Below are positions 45,292 to 54,516 of a stretch of 64,000 nt of DNA, in pieces. A model generated the notes under the pieces. That model was not told where the DNA came from. It did not search any database and was given only the letters and a program-made list of their open reading frames with translations. The stretch lies in sequence record NC_100371.1; one strand, given 5' to 3'. A program made the translations under genes and the position numbers. Source of the stretch: a phage. Position 1 is the first letter of the stretch. Each line of letters opens with the position of its first letter.

Positions 45292-45597
45292 ATGGCTAAA
45301 TCTAAAGTTGAACTGTTCACCTCTCTTCCTTCTGACATTGCAGAGCGTGATCGCCTCCGTAAAACAATTGAAGAGCTGGTGGAACTTCAGCTTCAGATTA
45401 AAGATCTGAAAGACGCTATCAAGGATATTATTCTTGTCGAGAAACAGGATCACCTGTACTCTCCTAAGTTTATCAAGTCTTTGGTGGCTACCGAATTCGA
45501 TATCCGCTACGAAGCTGAAAAACGTCGGGCTAAAATCGAAGAAGAGGTTGAGCACATGTCTGAAGCAGACATTCTGTTCAAACGCTCTGCAGAATAA
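45292..45597 (+). CDS. hypothetical coiled-coil protein
   Basis: 101 aa; AAGGAGA RBS; terminator follows. Confidence 0.5.
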   Translation: MAKSKVELFTSLPSDIAERDRLRKTIEELVELQLQIKDLKDAIKDIILVEKQDHLYSPKFIKSLVATEFDIRYEAEKRRAKIEEEVEHMSEADILFKRSAE

Positions 45598-45603
45598 CGA
45601 CAA

Positions 45604-45629
45604 AGAGGGGCCTTGGCCCCTCTTTTTTA
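45604..45629 (+). terminator. rho-independent terminator
   Basis: AGAGGGGCC-TT-GGCCCCTCT hairpin followed by TTTTTT. Confidence 0.6.
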
Positions 45630-45651
45630 CTATCTATGAAGGAGATCAGAG

Positions 45652-45978
45652 ATGCTAATGCCGGTTACTGTAAAAGAGCTAAATGAACGTGATGCAGGGG
45701 GCCTGTGGCCTGCACGGAAAATACGCTGCGTCTATATGAAAGAGAATCTTGAGCACCTTGATCAGCAGATTGCGGTTGGTGATATTTTCGAAGTTCTCTA
45801 TTCTAATCGTCGCAACTGGGAAACCATTCAACCTTCCGGTTTTGTTCTTGCCAGACTTGATACTGGAGAAGTGATTATCCCTGGGCTGGACATTGTCTTC
45901 GAAATTATCCAGGAGTGGGATCCTGATAAGATTAAATATGAAGAGTTATTCGGTGAAGGTATTATCAAACCTGTGTGA
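45652..45978 (+). CDS. hypothetical protein
   Basis: 108 aa; AAGGAGA RBS. Confidence 0.45.
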   Translation: MLMPVTVKELNERDAGGLWPARKIRCVYMKENLEHLDQQIAVGDIFEVLYSNRRNWETIQPSGFVLARLDTGEVIIPGLDIVFEIIQEWDPDKIKYEELFGEGIIKPV

Positions 45979-45986
45979 GGTGGATT

Positions 45987-46286
45987 ATGTCTACAACGAC
46001 AGCTAAATACTCCTATATGCCAGCAACCTCAGCAGAAATAGACTTCAGTTTCGATGTGTTTCCATTGTTTGAGGTGGTTCTGGCATACCCAACAATACTA
46101 TCTACTCCTGAATCCCTTGTACCTGTTAAGTTGCAGAACGCTATGCACTCCATGCACTACAACAATAAATGTAGGCACAGATGGTGTCAAGACGAGGAAA
46201 AAGATCTGGAGAGTTTGAAAGATTTTGACAGTCACCTTTTGACACCTTTTAGTTACTCAAACCTAGACAAGCCTTCATGGGTATAG
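45987..46286 (+). CDS. hypothetical protein
   Basis: ATG at 45987 with GAGGTGG RBS. Confidence 0.4.
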   Translation: MSTTTAKYSYMPATSAEIDFSFDVFPLFEVVLAYPTILSTPESLVPVKLQNAMHSMHYNNKCRHRWCQDEEKDLESLKDFDSHLLTPFSYSNLDKPSWV

Positions 46287-46310
46287 CAAAGTATCAAATT
46301 TAAGGCACAT

Positions 46311-46338
46311 AGGACGCTCTGTGGCGTCCTTTTCTTTA
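46311..46338 (+). terminator. rho-independent terminator
   Basis: AGGACGC-loop-GCGTCCT hairpin followed by TTTTCTTT. Confidence 0.55.
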
Positions 46339-47022
46339 TCCGGTGAACGATTCCATACCTTAAGCAGTTAATCTCATTACAGAGCGTTTAAGGGCGGCTT
46401 ACAAGCAACTCTCTATTTCGAGCGTAGCGAGAACGCACGTCCGTTTTGACCAAAATCACCATACGCTCGGATTTTAACCAAACCCTCGCGGCGCTTCTGT
46501 TGACACATTACCGCTCCTGTGATAGTATCCGCACATCGTTTGAAGAATATGGGATACACAATGAAAACATTGTCAGAGGTTTTAGTGGTGATCCTGATAA
46601 TCATTGCGTCCATAGCGGCTGTTGCCGGAATATGCTTATAGCATCGACACGTTCCAGCCATATGTCGATAAAGTCTTATTTTTTAAACATGTTGCCGGAA
46701 TACTCACGGGTGGAACATGACCAACACACATGCATCTAAAGAGACATCTGAAGGGGTGACAGAGGAAAACTTCAATTCTGAGGATTCTCTATCTCCGTCC
46801 CAGGTGGACCCTGAGGCTGATGACCTGACGTGGGAGGATATCATAGCCATCTGGTTCTCTATTATGCCTGAGCACGAAGAGTTCAGAGGTGGGAGACTAT
46901 GAAGCACCGAGCCCACATAAGTTTATCATGCTAAAGCATGGCCTGAAGGGGCAAACGTGTATAATTCTAGCGTATTGGAACGTATAAACCCTGTTCACAC
47001 TCTCATTTCCAGAGGAGATTTC

Positions 47023-47238
47023 ATGAAAATAGAGATATTTGGTGGGGCTGACAACACTCGTGGCCTGATTTACCTTGAATTTGATGAATCTTATCTGCCA
47101 GAGGTGTTAAATATAGATGCTGTTGCGGAAGCCCTTGATGTAGACCCTAAAGATCTCTACTCTGGTGCTGAGATTGATGGTTGGGAAGAGACTCTGAACA
47201 TTGATTTCAGTGAAGTAGTGGGTGAACCTTTGGACTGA
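47023..47238 (+). CDS. small acidic protein, MKIEIF-type
   Basis: ATG with AGAGGAGA RBS; last plus-strand gene before the ORF-free region. Confidence 0.45.
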   Translation: MKIEIFGGADNTRGLIYLEFDESYLPEVLNIDAVAEALDVDPKDLYSGAEIDGWEETLNIDFSEVVGEPLD

Positions 47239-47377
47239 CACACAAGTCTGCTTTGCAGGTTTAGCTGCCCAGCTAAGGTTCTGGAGGCACCTATAACATC
47301 TTTCAACTAAATTTCCTACCAACACAGTTACTTACCCACCACACATAACTGTTTGCTTGTTTAGTGAGCAGTCATCC

Positions 47378-47405
47378 CTTGACATTCTTGCCTATCTTGA
47401 TAAAA
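47378..47405 (+). promoter_or_regulatory. sigma70-like promoter with no ORF downstream
   Basis: TTGACA-N16-TAAAAT reading into a purine/GC-rich stretch with no credible ORF. Confidence 0.4.
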
Positions 47406-48766
47406 TTAAGTTCTTCTCTTTTCTTTTACCGAGTAATTCGGGTTTTCTGTTCTCTTCGGTTTGAAGGGGTATGGAGATACACCTGAGTGAACAGGGTGAA
47501 CAACCGAACATTTGGCTATGGCATTAGCATGGCGAAGCGGACGGGTGACGAAAGAGGGGCCGGAGGACACCAGTCACTGCCATATAGTATATGGGTGATA
47601 ACCTGAAGAGTCTGAATAAGTGTTTAAGTACCAGTCAGAGGAAAAGGTGAATGGTAGCCGAAGGGGGAGAGGGGGTTTCTTATATCTTTAATTTGTATAT
47701 TATGTATACACTTGTAAACCAATTCAATTAGGATCTGTTTACCACACAAAGTGGATGGAGACAAATATCACCTATTAAACTTGAATTATTTATAGAAAAT
47801 ACCACAACACCTCTTAAGTATTTGATTTTACACACAAATCTTACAAATATCCTACCTCCATATTTAACATACTTGTAACATATTCCATATCCTACCTGCC
47901 TGATCAATTTACTCCCACCACATCCCCACATTTTCCCTGTCTGTACTACCCCTGCCCCGCCGGGAGTCCCGTCATATCTGGCTTTCCAGCAAATATCGCA
48001 CCCACAAATATCATCACCTGAAGAGGGTTTCATCCCATAATACCTGCCTTACCTGAAGAGCGCTTCATACACCACGTAAATTTTTTAATTGACCCCTCCC
48101 CGCCGCCGGAGAGGTTGGCTTTTCCCACACAGGCCTGAAGAGTCAGCCAGAAATATCTGAACAGGTCCAGTTATACCCCGATTTTGTGCCTGTCCTACAG
48201 GAGTGCTGCCCTGTCAGGAGCCGGTAGCGACTGGAGTGCTGCCAGGCGGACGGAATGGGAATACTTCTCATTTTTATAATAATTCTCAAATATCGAGGCA
48301 GTGAGGCAAATTAATAGGCCAGGCCGTTCACACAGTGGCACAACATTTGCAATCTATCTTGTGGGAGTGAATGAGAATACCTATCATTGTGAGAATGGTT
48401 ATCATTACGGGCAATTTAACATAATACCCATTATGCGCACCACTGGCGATACATACAGGGATTGATAACATGGGTTACTGTTTACGCATATAACAATTAT
48501 ATTTCTTACTATTTGTGTGGGATATAGTTAGCAACCAATAGATTAGATATTGACCTGCAGACTTCTGACCGTCCAGACGTCTAAACGCCCACACAGCAAG
48601 GATTATACATACACTCCTGCATGTAAACAGGACCGCAAAAATGCTACCATACCAGTTTGTAAATTTTTCATGCAGCACTTGACAAAGAGGAGAAAAACTT
48701 GTCTGACACACTGGACACAATGTCCCACAATATGACACAATAACGGCTGTTACTATTCCATATCTC

Positions 48767-48824
48767 ACTGTTTACGCATAGACTGTTTACGCCTGAATAG
48801 TTTACGCAAAAACTGTTTACACAG
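48767..48824. repeat. four tandem iteron-like direct repeats (ACTGTTTACGC)
   Basis: Copies at 14-17-bp spacing; further copies near 48477, 49231 and 49267. Confidence 0.55.
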
Positions 48825-48833
48825 AGATGATAA

Positions 48834-49066
48834 GCCATGCCATTCGTTTGCATGAAAACAATTAACAAGCTAACAATCTATGACATAATATAAAAGCAGG
48901 GCAACTATTAGAAGATCTATAGTTGCCTTGCTTGTTATGTCATGATTAACTAAATACAAGGCAACTATGATCTGAATAATAGATTGCAGACAAACTATCA
49001 CGGGGGTGATTGTTACTGCTTTTATATTATGTCGCGACTCCGTCGCGCCATGCCATTCGTTTGCAT
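48834..49066. repeat. dyad-symmetric element bounded by a 20-bp direct repeat
   Basis: GCCATGCCATTCGTTTGCAT at 48834-48853 and 49047-49066; inverted 18-mers GACATAATATAAAAGCAG / CTGCTTTTATATTATGTC; several GGCAACTAT/ATAGTTGCC palindromes. Confidence 0.5.
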
Positions 49067-49681
49067 AGTTGCCTTATTGTTACAGGTAAAACAATTACAT
49101 TATTAATTATTTCTTATCTTTCTCTTAGTCATCTAATGATTCCAGTCAGTATAGTAATGTACAGTAAACATTAGACGACTAAAGATTTCTCTGTGTATAA
49201 TAACTTATCGTGACAATTTCGAACTGTTTACGAAAAATGTTGACACCTGAGCTGATTTATGTTATGCAGTTTACACGAATAATTATTTTATGCAGGTATT
49301 GACTATTCCGTTATTCTGTGGTTGGAATAAATACTTTGCAGACTATAGAATGGCGTGCGTACGTGAATTCTGAGATCTGGCGGCTATAGTTATACTCGAT
49401 TTTTCGCGTAGAACACGCTTTCGATGCTGTGTAAGTGTATGACTTATAAAGATTTTTAGTTGTTGACAAGATATTGGAGATGTGCATCAGGTTAAAATTT
49501 GTGCAATAGCGGCATTACGTGCACTTTTGGGAGAGAAAACGGGTAAAAATGGCCCTGCTACCACACAATGAAAGATTATGCAATAGTTATTTTCCATGTA
49601 TATTTGTACAGTATGTGGGATTGATGGCTAGTCAATTATTCCACTTGCCAGGTAGGGCCGTTTATGGTAGGAGAAGAGCAG

Positions 49682-49709
49682 ACAAAAAGAAAGGGGCCTT
49701 TAAGCCCCT
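49682..49709 (-). terminator. rho-independent terminator ending the minus-strand gene block
   Basis: AGGGGC-loop-GCCCCT hairpin followed by a T-tract on the minus strand. Confidence 0.55.
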
Positions 49710-49728
49710 TGATAATTCAGTTAAGAAA

Positions 49729-50148
49729 TTATAATGATTCGTATATTTCAAAAATCCGATTTGCCAGGTCGTTACGGTAGCGGAATTTTTCATCGCGCTT
49801 GATCATTAAATCCTTATAGCCGTACTCTTTAAGCACTTCATTAACTTTATAGCGGCATACCTGCATATTATCTTGAGCGTCACCAATAAACTTGTTGCTG
49901 TGGTGCATTGCTTTAATTTCTTCTTCCAGGACCAGGGCAACTACCCGGACCGGATCAAGCTGATAGGCGGTAACATCTATGCGGCATTGTAGACGGCTTT
50001 TAACGTCTGCCACCGGATATACTGCAACCTCTTCCCCGTCAACATTGACAATAATTAGTTTACCATCGATTTCGAATCCTTTCGCCGCCGGACCGTGACA
50101 AAAAGCGTTATCAAAGCTATATGCCGGATTATCAGATTTAATGTTCAT
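49729..50148 (-). CDS. hypothetical protein
   Basis: 139 aa; AAGAGGTAAAAAC RBS. Confidence 0.5.
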   Translation of the reverse strand: MNIKSDNPAYSFDNAFCHGPAAKGFEIDGKLIIVNVDGEEVAVYPVADVKSRLQCRIDVTAYQLDPVRVVALVLEEEIKAMHHSNKFIGDAQDNMQVCRYKVNEVLKEYGYKDLMIKRDEKFRYRNDLANRIFEIYESL

Positions 50149-50197
50149 GGTGTTTTTACCTCTTAGTTAATTTTCTTACAACTTCCCTTCAAAAAAG

Positions 50198-50226
50198 AAT
50201 ATAGCAAAACTGCCGATCCCTGTCAA
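50198..50226 (-). promoter_or_regulatory. sigma70-like promoter
   Basis: Minus strand TTGACA-N17-TATATT. Confidence 0.5.
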
Positions 50227-50292
50227 CAAGGGATAGCATAATTTTTATGTGATCAAGGGGCTTTATCGCCCCTGACCATGCAACCTGTTGTA

Positions 50293-50556
50293 TTATTTGT
50301 TGCTCATCCAGTTTTCCCAAGCTGCCTGATAATCTGCCTCACTACGGCGGATCTCTTCTTGTTCTTCAAGCCGGATCTCTTCTTCCAGGTACCCCAAGAT
50401 ATCGGCTTTTTTGGTCTGGCGTAACATCCAATCGTCTTTTTTGCGAGTAAAGATCTTGTACGCTTTCTCGCAAACTTCTTTTTTGCTACCTTTTTGGACT
50501 TCAAGAATTCTGTAAGCCATGTACTGAACTAGTTTGAGCTGGTCAAGACGTTTCAT
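50293..50556 (-). CDS. hypothetical protein
   Basis: ATG at 50556 with AAGAGGAAAAC RBS. Confidence 0.45.
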   Translation of the reverse strand: MKRLDQLKLVQYMAYRILEVQKGSKKEVCEKAYKIFTRKKDDWMLRQTKKADILGYLEEEIRLEEQEEIRRSEADYQAAWENWMSNK

Positions 50557-50617
50557 GATGTTTTCCTCTTTATGTGGTCCTGGTTTAGTGGGCCTTTTGG
50601 CCCGTGTCATTATCTTA

Positions 50618-50890
50618 TTACTTACGGCGGCAGAATTCAAGCGTTTTTAATTGATAATCTTCCTCAGCCTGGAGTACAACCGCCTCGATCATTTCGTTGG
50701 CATTGTTGAAGCCATACCCTTTAGCGAACTCGTCCGCACCACCTTCGTGATCATGTTCTGCGTTCATCGCTTCCACGAAATGGAATTCAAGATTATTGAG
50801 ATAAGGGCTTGATGTTCCGTCCTCTTTTTCGATGAGATCCCAAATAGTATTAAAACGTGATTCGACTTCTTGGTTAATCCAGCTTAACAT
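50618..50890 (-). CDS. hypothetical acidic protein
   Basis: 90 aa; AGAGAGGAAAAC RBS. Confidence 0.45.
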   Translation of the reverse strand: MLSWINQEVESRFNTIWDLIEKEDGTSSPYLNNLEFHFVEAMNAEHDHEGGADEFAKGYGFNNANEMIEAVVLQAEEDYQLKTLEFCRRK

Positions 50891-50996
50891 GGCGTTTTCC
50901 TCTCTTCTGGTTGTTGTGTGGGCACTTTTGCCCCTTCAAGATAAATGTTACCCTACCACCTGGCAGGTGTCAACGGTTTTTATAGTTTTTTATATG

Positions 50997-51043
50997 ACAG
51001 GCACCCCCGGTGATTGTCTCCCCCCGTCACCAGGTGCCTGCCG
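50997..51043. repeat. GC-rich long-hairpin repeat element (inverted copy of the 59318 family)
   Basis: GACAGGCACCCCCGGTGATTGTCTCCCCCCGTCACCAGGTGCCTGCC; preceded on the minus strand by a TTGTAA-N16-TATACT promoter-like sequence. Confidence 0.45.
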
Positions 51044-51102
51044 TGAAATAAGTATAACAAAAAACAGGACCATTACAAGCCCTGTTTTATGGTTTATAAA
51101 GA

Positions 51103-51294
51103 TTATATTTTTTCGCCTATATAGTCCGGTCGGTTTTTCTCTGTCATACGCTTAAGCAATTCTTGCATGTTGCTTATGGCTTGTAGTGTATCCTCTTCAA
51201 GGGATGAATCGAGATAATCAGGATCATTCTTCACCTTGCAATGATTATGGTAACGTAGTACTGCCAGTACTTTTTTAACTTCTTCTGCTGTCAT
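51103..51294 (-). CDS. hypothetical protein
   Basis: 63 aa. Confidence 0.4.
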   Translation of the reverse strand: MTAEEVKKVLAVLRYHNHCKVKNDPDYLDSSLEEDTLQAISNMQELLKRMTEKNRPDYIGEKI

Positions 51295-51302
51295 TATTCC
51301 AC

Positions 51303-51437
51303 CTAAAACAATGAGTTAATATATAACATTAGATCGCTGACTACCAGGACAACACTGATCAGCACATACCTAACCATAAGTGGAAAGATCGCCAACATTG
51401 CCACCACGATCCCCATGGTAATAATTATCTTTCTCAT
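51303..51437 (-). CDS. small hydrophobic membrane peptide (44 aa)
   Basis: MRKIIITMGIVVAMLAIFPLMVRYVLISVVLVVSDLMLYINSLF; tightly packed after the upstream gene; not in the ORF track. Confidence 0.35.
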   Translation of the reverse strand: MRKIIITMGIVVAMLAIFPLMVRYVLISVVLVVSDLMLYINSLF

Positions 51438-51439
51438 GG

Positions 51440-51724
51440 TTAACGGTTCACGTAAGTTTTCCCGTTTACGGTTATCGGCAGATCCTCCAGGTCTGGATCT
51501 TCTTTAAGGTCGCGAGCAAGTTCACCGCACCGGACGCCCTCGAATCCGTAGTACTCTGTAGTGCCGTCCTTAAAAGTTTTTGCGGCAAGGCATAGGCGAT
51601 AAGTAACCCCGATTTGATTGACGGCATGGATATCAGTTAGATCTACCTCTTTTGCCAACTCTTTAGCCATTACAGGCGCATTAAGTCCAACAACCAGGGC
51701 AACCACTGCGATCATCTTTTTCAT
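51440..51724 (-). CDS. secreted protein with signal peptide
   Basis: MKKMIAVVALVVGLNAPVMA signal-like N-terminus; AAGAGGATAG RBS. Confidence 0.5.
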   Translation of the reverse strand: MKKMIAVVALVVGLNAPVMAKELAKEVDLTDIHAVNQIGVTYRLCLAAKTFKDGTTEYYGFEGVRCGELARDLKEDPDLEDLPITVNGKTYVNR

Positions 51725-51815
51725 TGTGTCTATCCTCTTTCTGCTACGTTTAAGGCGGCAGTAACCGCCTGTTTATGCTTTGTTGGTTAATTTTCGGGTA
51801 TCTGTATAAATTAAA

Positions 51816-52031
51816 CTATGCTGTACGCTCAACTATAACAACGGCTTGAGGGATCTCACCTTCAACCACTATCAAGGCTTTTTTCTGCGTGATAGATATC
51901 TTTACCCGCTTCAGCGTGGCGGTAAAATCTTTCATTTCGTCACGTGGTGTTTTAGTGCAATACCAGATCTCAGGCTTGCCGATCTGCAAGTTGCGTAAAA
52001 ATTCTGTTTTGCCTGTTTTGTTGGTGATCAT
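51816..52031 (-). CDS. hypothetical protein
   Basis: 71 aa; AAGGTGG RBS. Confidence 0.4.
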   Translation of the reverse strand: MITNKTGKTEFLRNLQIGKPEIWYCTKTPRDEMKDFTATLKRVKISITQKKALIVVEGEIPQAVVIVERTA

Positions 52032-52040
52032 TTGCCCACC

Positions 52041-52145
52041 TTATCCGATACCGTTGGAAGACAAGATCATATTAGCCATGGTTGCAATCAGGCCAATACC
52101 TAGGGCAATAACCAGGATCATCGCATCAATTAATTTCTGTTTCAT
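52041..52145 (-). CDS. small hydrophobic membrane peptide (34 aa)
   Basis: MKQKLIDAMILVIALGIGLIATMANMILSSNGIG; GAGGAAAAC RBS. Confidence 0.35.
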   Translation of the reverse strand: MKQKLIDAMILVIALGIGLIATMANMILSSNGIG

Positions 52146-52237
52146 CTTGTTTTCCTCTTCTTGCTCCAGGTGGCGGACCATTCCACCACCTTATGTATTA
52201 TGCTTTGTTAGATAGTGTTGTTTGTTGTCAAACTATT

Positions 52238-52417
52238 TTAACGATAGTCATCATATGCTTTATTAACCTGGCGAATATAACATTCAAAAGCTAGATCAAT
52301 AGACTTATACTCACGGATATACTCGCCATAGGAAACCACATACATTTCTATAGCTTCCTCATATGCCAGGAGAATAGAATCTAACCCTACAATCTCGGTC
52401 TTTGCAATAATAGCCAT
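52238..52417 (-). CDS. hypothetical protein (59 aa)
   Basis: AAGAGGATAAAAATC RBS; just under the track's 60-aa cut-off. Confidence 0.4.
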   Translation of the reverse strand: MAIIAKTEIVGLDSILLAYEEAIEMYVVSYGEYIREYKSIDLAFECYIRQVNKAYDDYR

Positions 52418-52492
52418 GATTTTTATCCTCTTTGTGGTTGGTGGGGCTTGCCCCTTTGATTTATATACTACAGTCTTATACGGTCATGTCAA

Positions 52493-52726
52493 CTATTTTT
52501 CAAAAAATTTTTCTGCTGTGATATTCTTCCCGGTCGGATTAGCTACTTTTAAAATTCTATCATGCACCGGACGCCCAAAAGAATACGATCCGTATACAGT
52601 AAACCAATAATCCCCGTTCGGTTGAACTGTTACCGCAGCGTACGGTGTCCCTCTTTCATTATCACCAATAAAGTGAGAAACATTGCCGTTAACGTTCGGT
52701 TTAGTGCTTTTAATTTGTTCAATCAT
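52493..52726 (-). CDS. hypothetical protein
   Basis: 77 aa; AAGAGGGG RBS. Confidence 0.45.
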   Translation of the reverse strand: MIEQIKSTKPNVNGNVSHFIGDNERGTPYAAVTVQPNGDYWFTVYGSYSFGRPVHDRILKVANPTGKNITAEKFFEK

Positions 52727-52788
52727 GATGATTTACCCCTCTTTATTTTTTCATAATTTCAGGAGGGGCCTTTTCGGCCCCGCCAGGC

Positions 52789-53073
52789 TTATTTATTGAT
52801 GGCGTGCAACGGGAAAGGTACGCCAGGTTGATAGATAACTTTTACAACCTCATCAGGGCAAAAGAAGTTGCAAAATTCACCGCAATAGGCTTCGTCTTCT
52901 TTTAGCTCTTCATCAACATACTCAAAAAAGTAGTCGATGCTTGGATAATCCTGGCCGGGATTATAGTCGACCATTGTCAGGACTAGCTCAAGATCGTTGC
53001 GTAGGATATGCATACCCGCTTTTAAGTATTTGGCTTCCATTTCTACTACATCGCCAACGGTAACAATAGCCAT
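52789..53073 (-). CDS. hypothetical acidic protein
   Basis: 94 aa; TAGGAG RBS. Confidence 0.45.
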   Translation of the reverse strand: MAIVTVGDVVEMEAKYLKAGMHILRNDLELVLTMVDYNPGQDYPSIDYFFEYVDEELKEDEAYCGEFCNFFCPDEVVKVIYQPGVPFPLHAINK

Positions 53074-53274
53074 AGTTTTAACTCCTATCTATCCGGTTAA
53101 TGATTGGGGGCCGCCCCCTGACACGTCCTATTATCCATATTGTAGGACTTGATGCAAGTACTTCTTTAAAAAAATTTTTAAGCGCCTTGGGGCCGCTGTA
53201 ACGCCAAAATAATAAAGGCCATGCGGTTGCATAGCCTTTAGATGATTATATCGCTGTAGGCCCTGCTGGGGGCC

Positions 53275-53625
53275 TTATTTTGCATTATTTCCTATATTGC
53301 CGCCACGGTACCAGCGTTTACGGTGAAAATGGTAATAATCGCCATCGGCATTGAACATCAGATGGTTTTCAATAACCAGCTTACGAAGGTGGGCCGGATC
53401 TTGTTCCATTCTTGCCAGACTCTGGCGGCTGTTACGTAAGCGGATAAATTCCATATTCAGGCCGTTGATTGCAGCATGGATGTCAAAGTAACCACCTTTG
53501 AGACGTTCACGCATGGCGTTAATCTCAACACAATATACAGATTTCTCACAAATCAAGGTATTAGCCAGGGCGCGGACCTGGGCAAGGGGGTTAAGCTCAT
53601 TAAGGTAATATAGTTTTACTTTCAT
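53275..53625 (-). CDS. hypothetical protein
   Basis: 116 aa; weak RBS. Confidence 0.4.
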   Translation of the reverse strand: MKVKLYYLNELNPLAQVRALANTLICEKSVYCVEINAMRERLKGGYFDIHAAINGLNMEFIRLRNSRQSLARMEQDPAHLRKLVIENHLMFNADGDYYHFHRKRWYRGGNIGNNAK

Positions 53626-53642
53626 AAAATAACCTGCTGAAA

Positions 53643-53942
53643 CTAGTTTGAGAAAACATCGTTCACAATAGCGATCACAATGCCGTTCACCTTGTCACGG
53701 TCAACAATGCACAAATCGCCATAGATCATGTGGTAGTCTGGATGATCTTTCACGGAATAATCAATGAGTGTTTTCTTATCGTCCAGCTTACTAACTTCCA
53801 TTCTCATAACGATATGAGAATCATCGAAGACATTATTCCGAAAAGTCATAACCTGACCGCCAGGGCACCCTGTGATCTCTACTTCCACGCCGTCTACGAT
53901 CTGACCATCAAAGAAATAAAGATTATTAGCCTGGATAAACAT
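53643..53942 (-). CDS. hypothetical protein
   Basis: ATG at 53942 placed 8 nt after an AAAGGAG RBS. Confidence 0.45.
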   Translation of the reverse strand: MFIQANNLYFFDGQIVDGVEVEITGCPGGQVMTFRNNVFDDSHIVMRMEVSKLDDKKTLIDYSVKDHPDYHMIYGDLCIVDRDKVNGIVIAIVNDVFSN

Positions 53943-53986
53943 GATCATTACTCCTTTTTGCACTGATTATTTTAACAGGGTTTAAA

Positions 53987-54031
53987 TTTACTTTATTGAT
54001 GGCCCTGGAGTCAAGGCCATCTAAAAATAAA
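53987..54031. repeat. 45-bp repeat, copy 1 (promoter-like with hairpin)
   Basis: Identical to 57724-57768; the minus strand reads TTGACT-N18-TAAATT with an upstream GATGGCC...GGCCATC hairpin. Confidence 0.55.
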
Positions 54032-54033
54032 TT

Positions 54034-54234
54034 TTACAGGCCTACAATCTCTTTAATTCGTTTTACTGCTGCCTCAGCGCCTTGAGGGTAAAAATTATGG
54101 TAACCAATCACGCGGGTAATACTGATCGCCACTTGATGATCTTCATAATCGCCTTTGAAGATTTCTTGACCGTCAATCAACACGGCAATTTTTTCTTCTT
54201 TTTTGAAGTTAATAACGCGGATATTGTTGCTCAT
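54034..54234 (-). CDS. hypothetical protein
   Basis: 66 aa; AAAGGAGAAAC RBS. Confidence 0.45.
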   Translation of the reverse strand: MSNNIRVINFKKEEKIAVLIDGQEIFKGDYEDHQVAISITRVIGYHNFYPQGAEAAVKRIKEIVGL

Positions 54235-54376
54235 TTTGTTTCTCCTTTTGGAACTTTGTCTATGTGGTGAGGAGTGTCTCCCCGTTGATTGTTATTATCC
54301 ATATTCTGGATCGGATTGCAACACCCAGGGAGAAAAAAATTTAAAAAGTTAGGCCCCCAGGGATCAGGGGCCGTTA

Positions 54377-54496
54377 TCAGTTACTTACAGCGATAAAATA
54401 CATCCCTACGCCTAACAATATTTCAAGGGCGATGATCTCAAGCCATACCATAGCACGGCTTGCCTTATCGGTGCGGGGCTTATCCTTGGGTGTCAT
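54377..54496 (-). CDS. small hydrophobic peptide (39 aa)
   Basis: MTPKDKPRTDKASRAMVWLEIIALEILLGVGMYFIAVSN; AGGGGGAG RBS. Confidence 0.35.
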   Translation of the reverse strand: MTPKDKPRTDKASRAMVWLEIIALEILLGVGMYFIAVSN

Positions 54497-54516
54497 CGTC
54501 TCCCCCTTTCCTCCTG

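Noticed and set aside
46413-46739. Overlapping ORFs 46446-46739 (plus) and 46413-46661 (minus), and a 26-aa hydrophobic peptide near 46561-46641.
   Set aside because: Weak start contexts and mutual overlap. A short ORF at 46717-46902 is possible but unsupported, so none were annotated.
47728-48768. Track ORFs in the ORF-free region (47728-48033, 48475-48768, 48550-48735, 48668-48868).
   Set aside because: No RBS, Cys/Gly-rich or repeat-derived translations, overlapping each other on both strands; the region is better explained as non-coding repeats.
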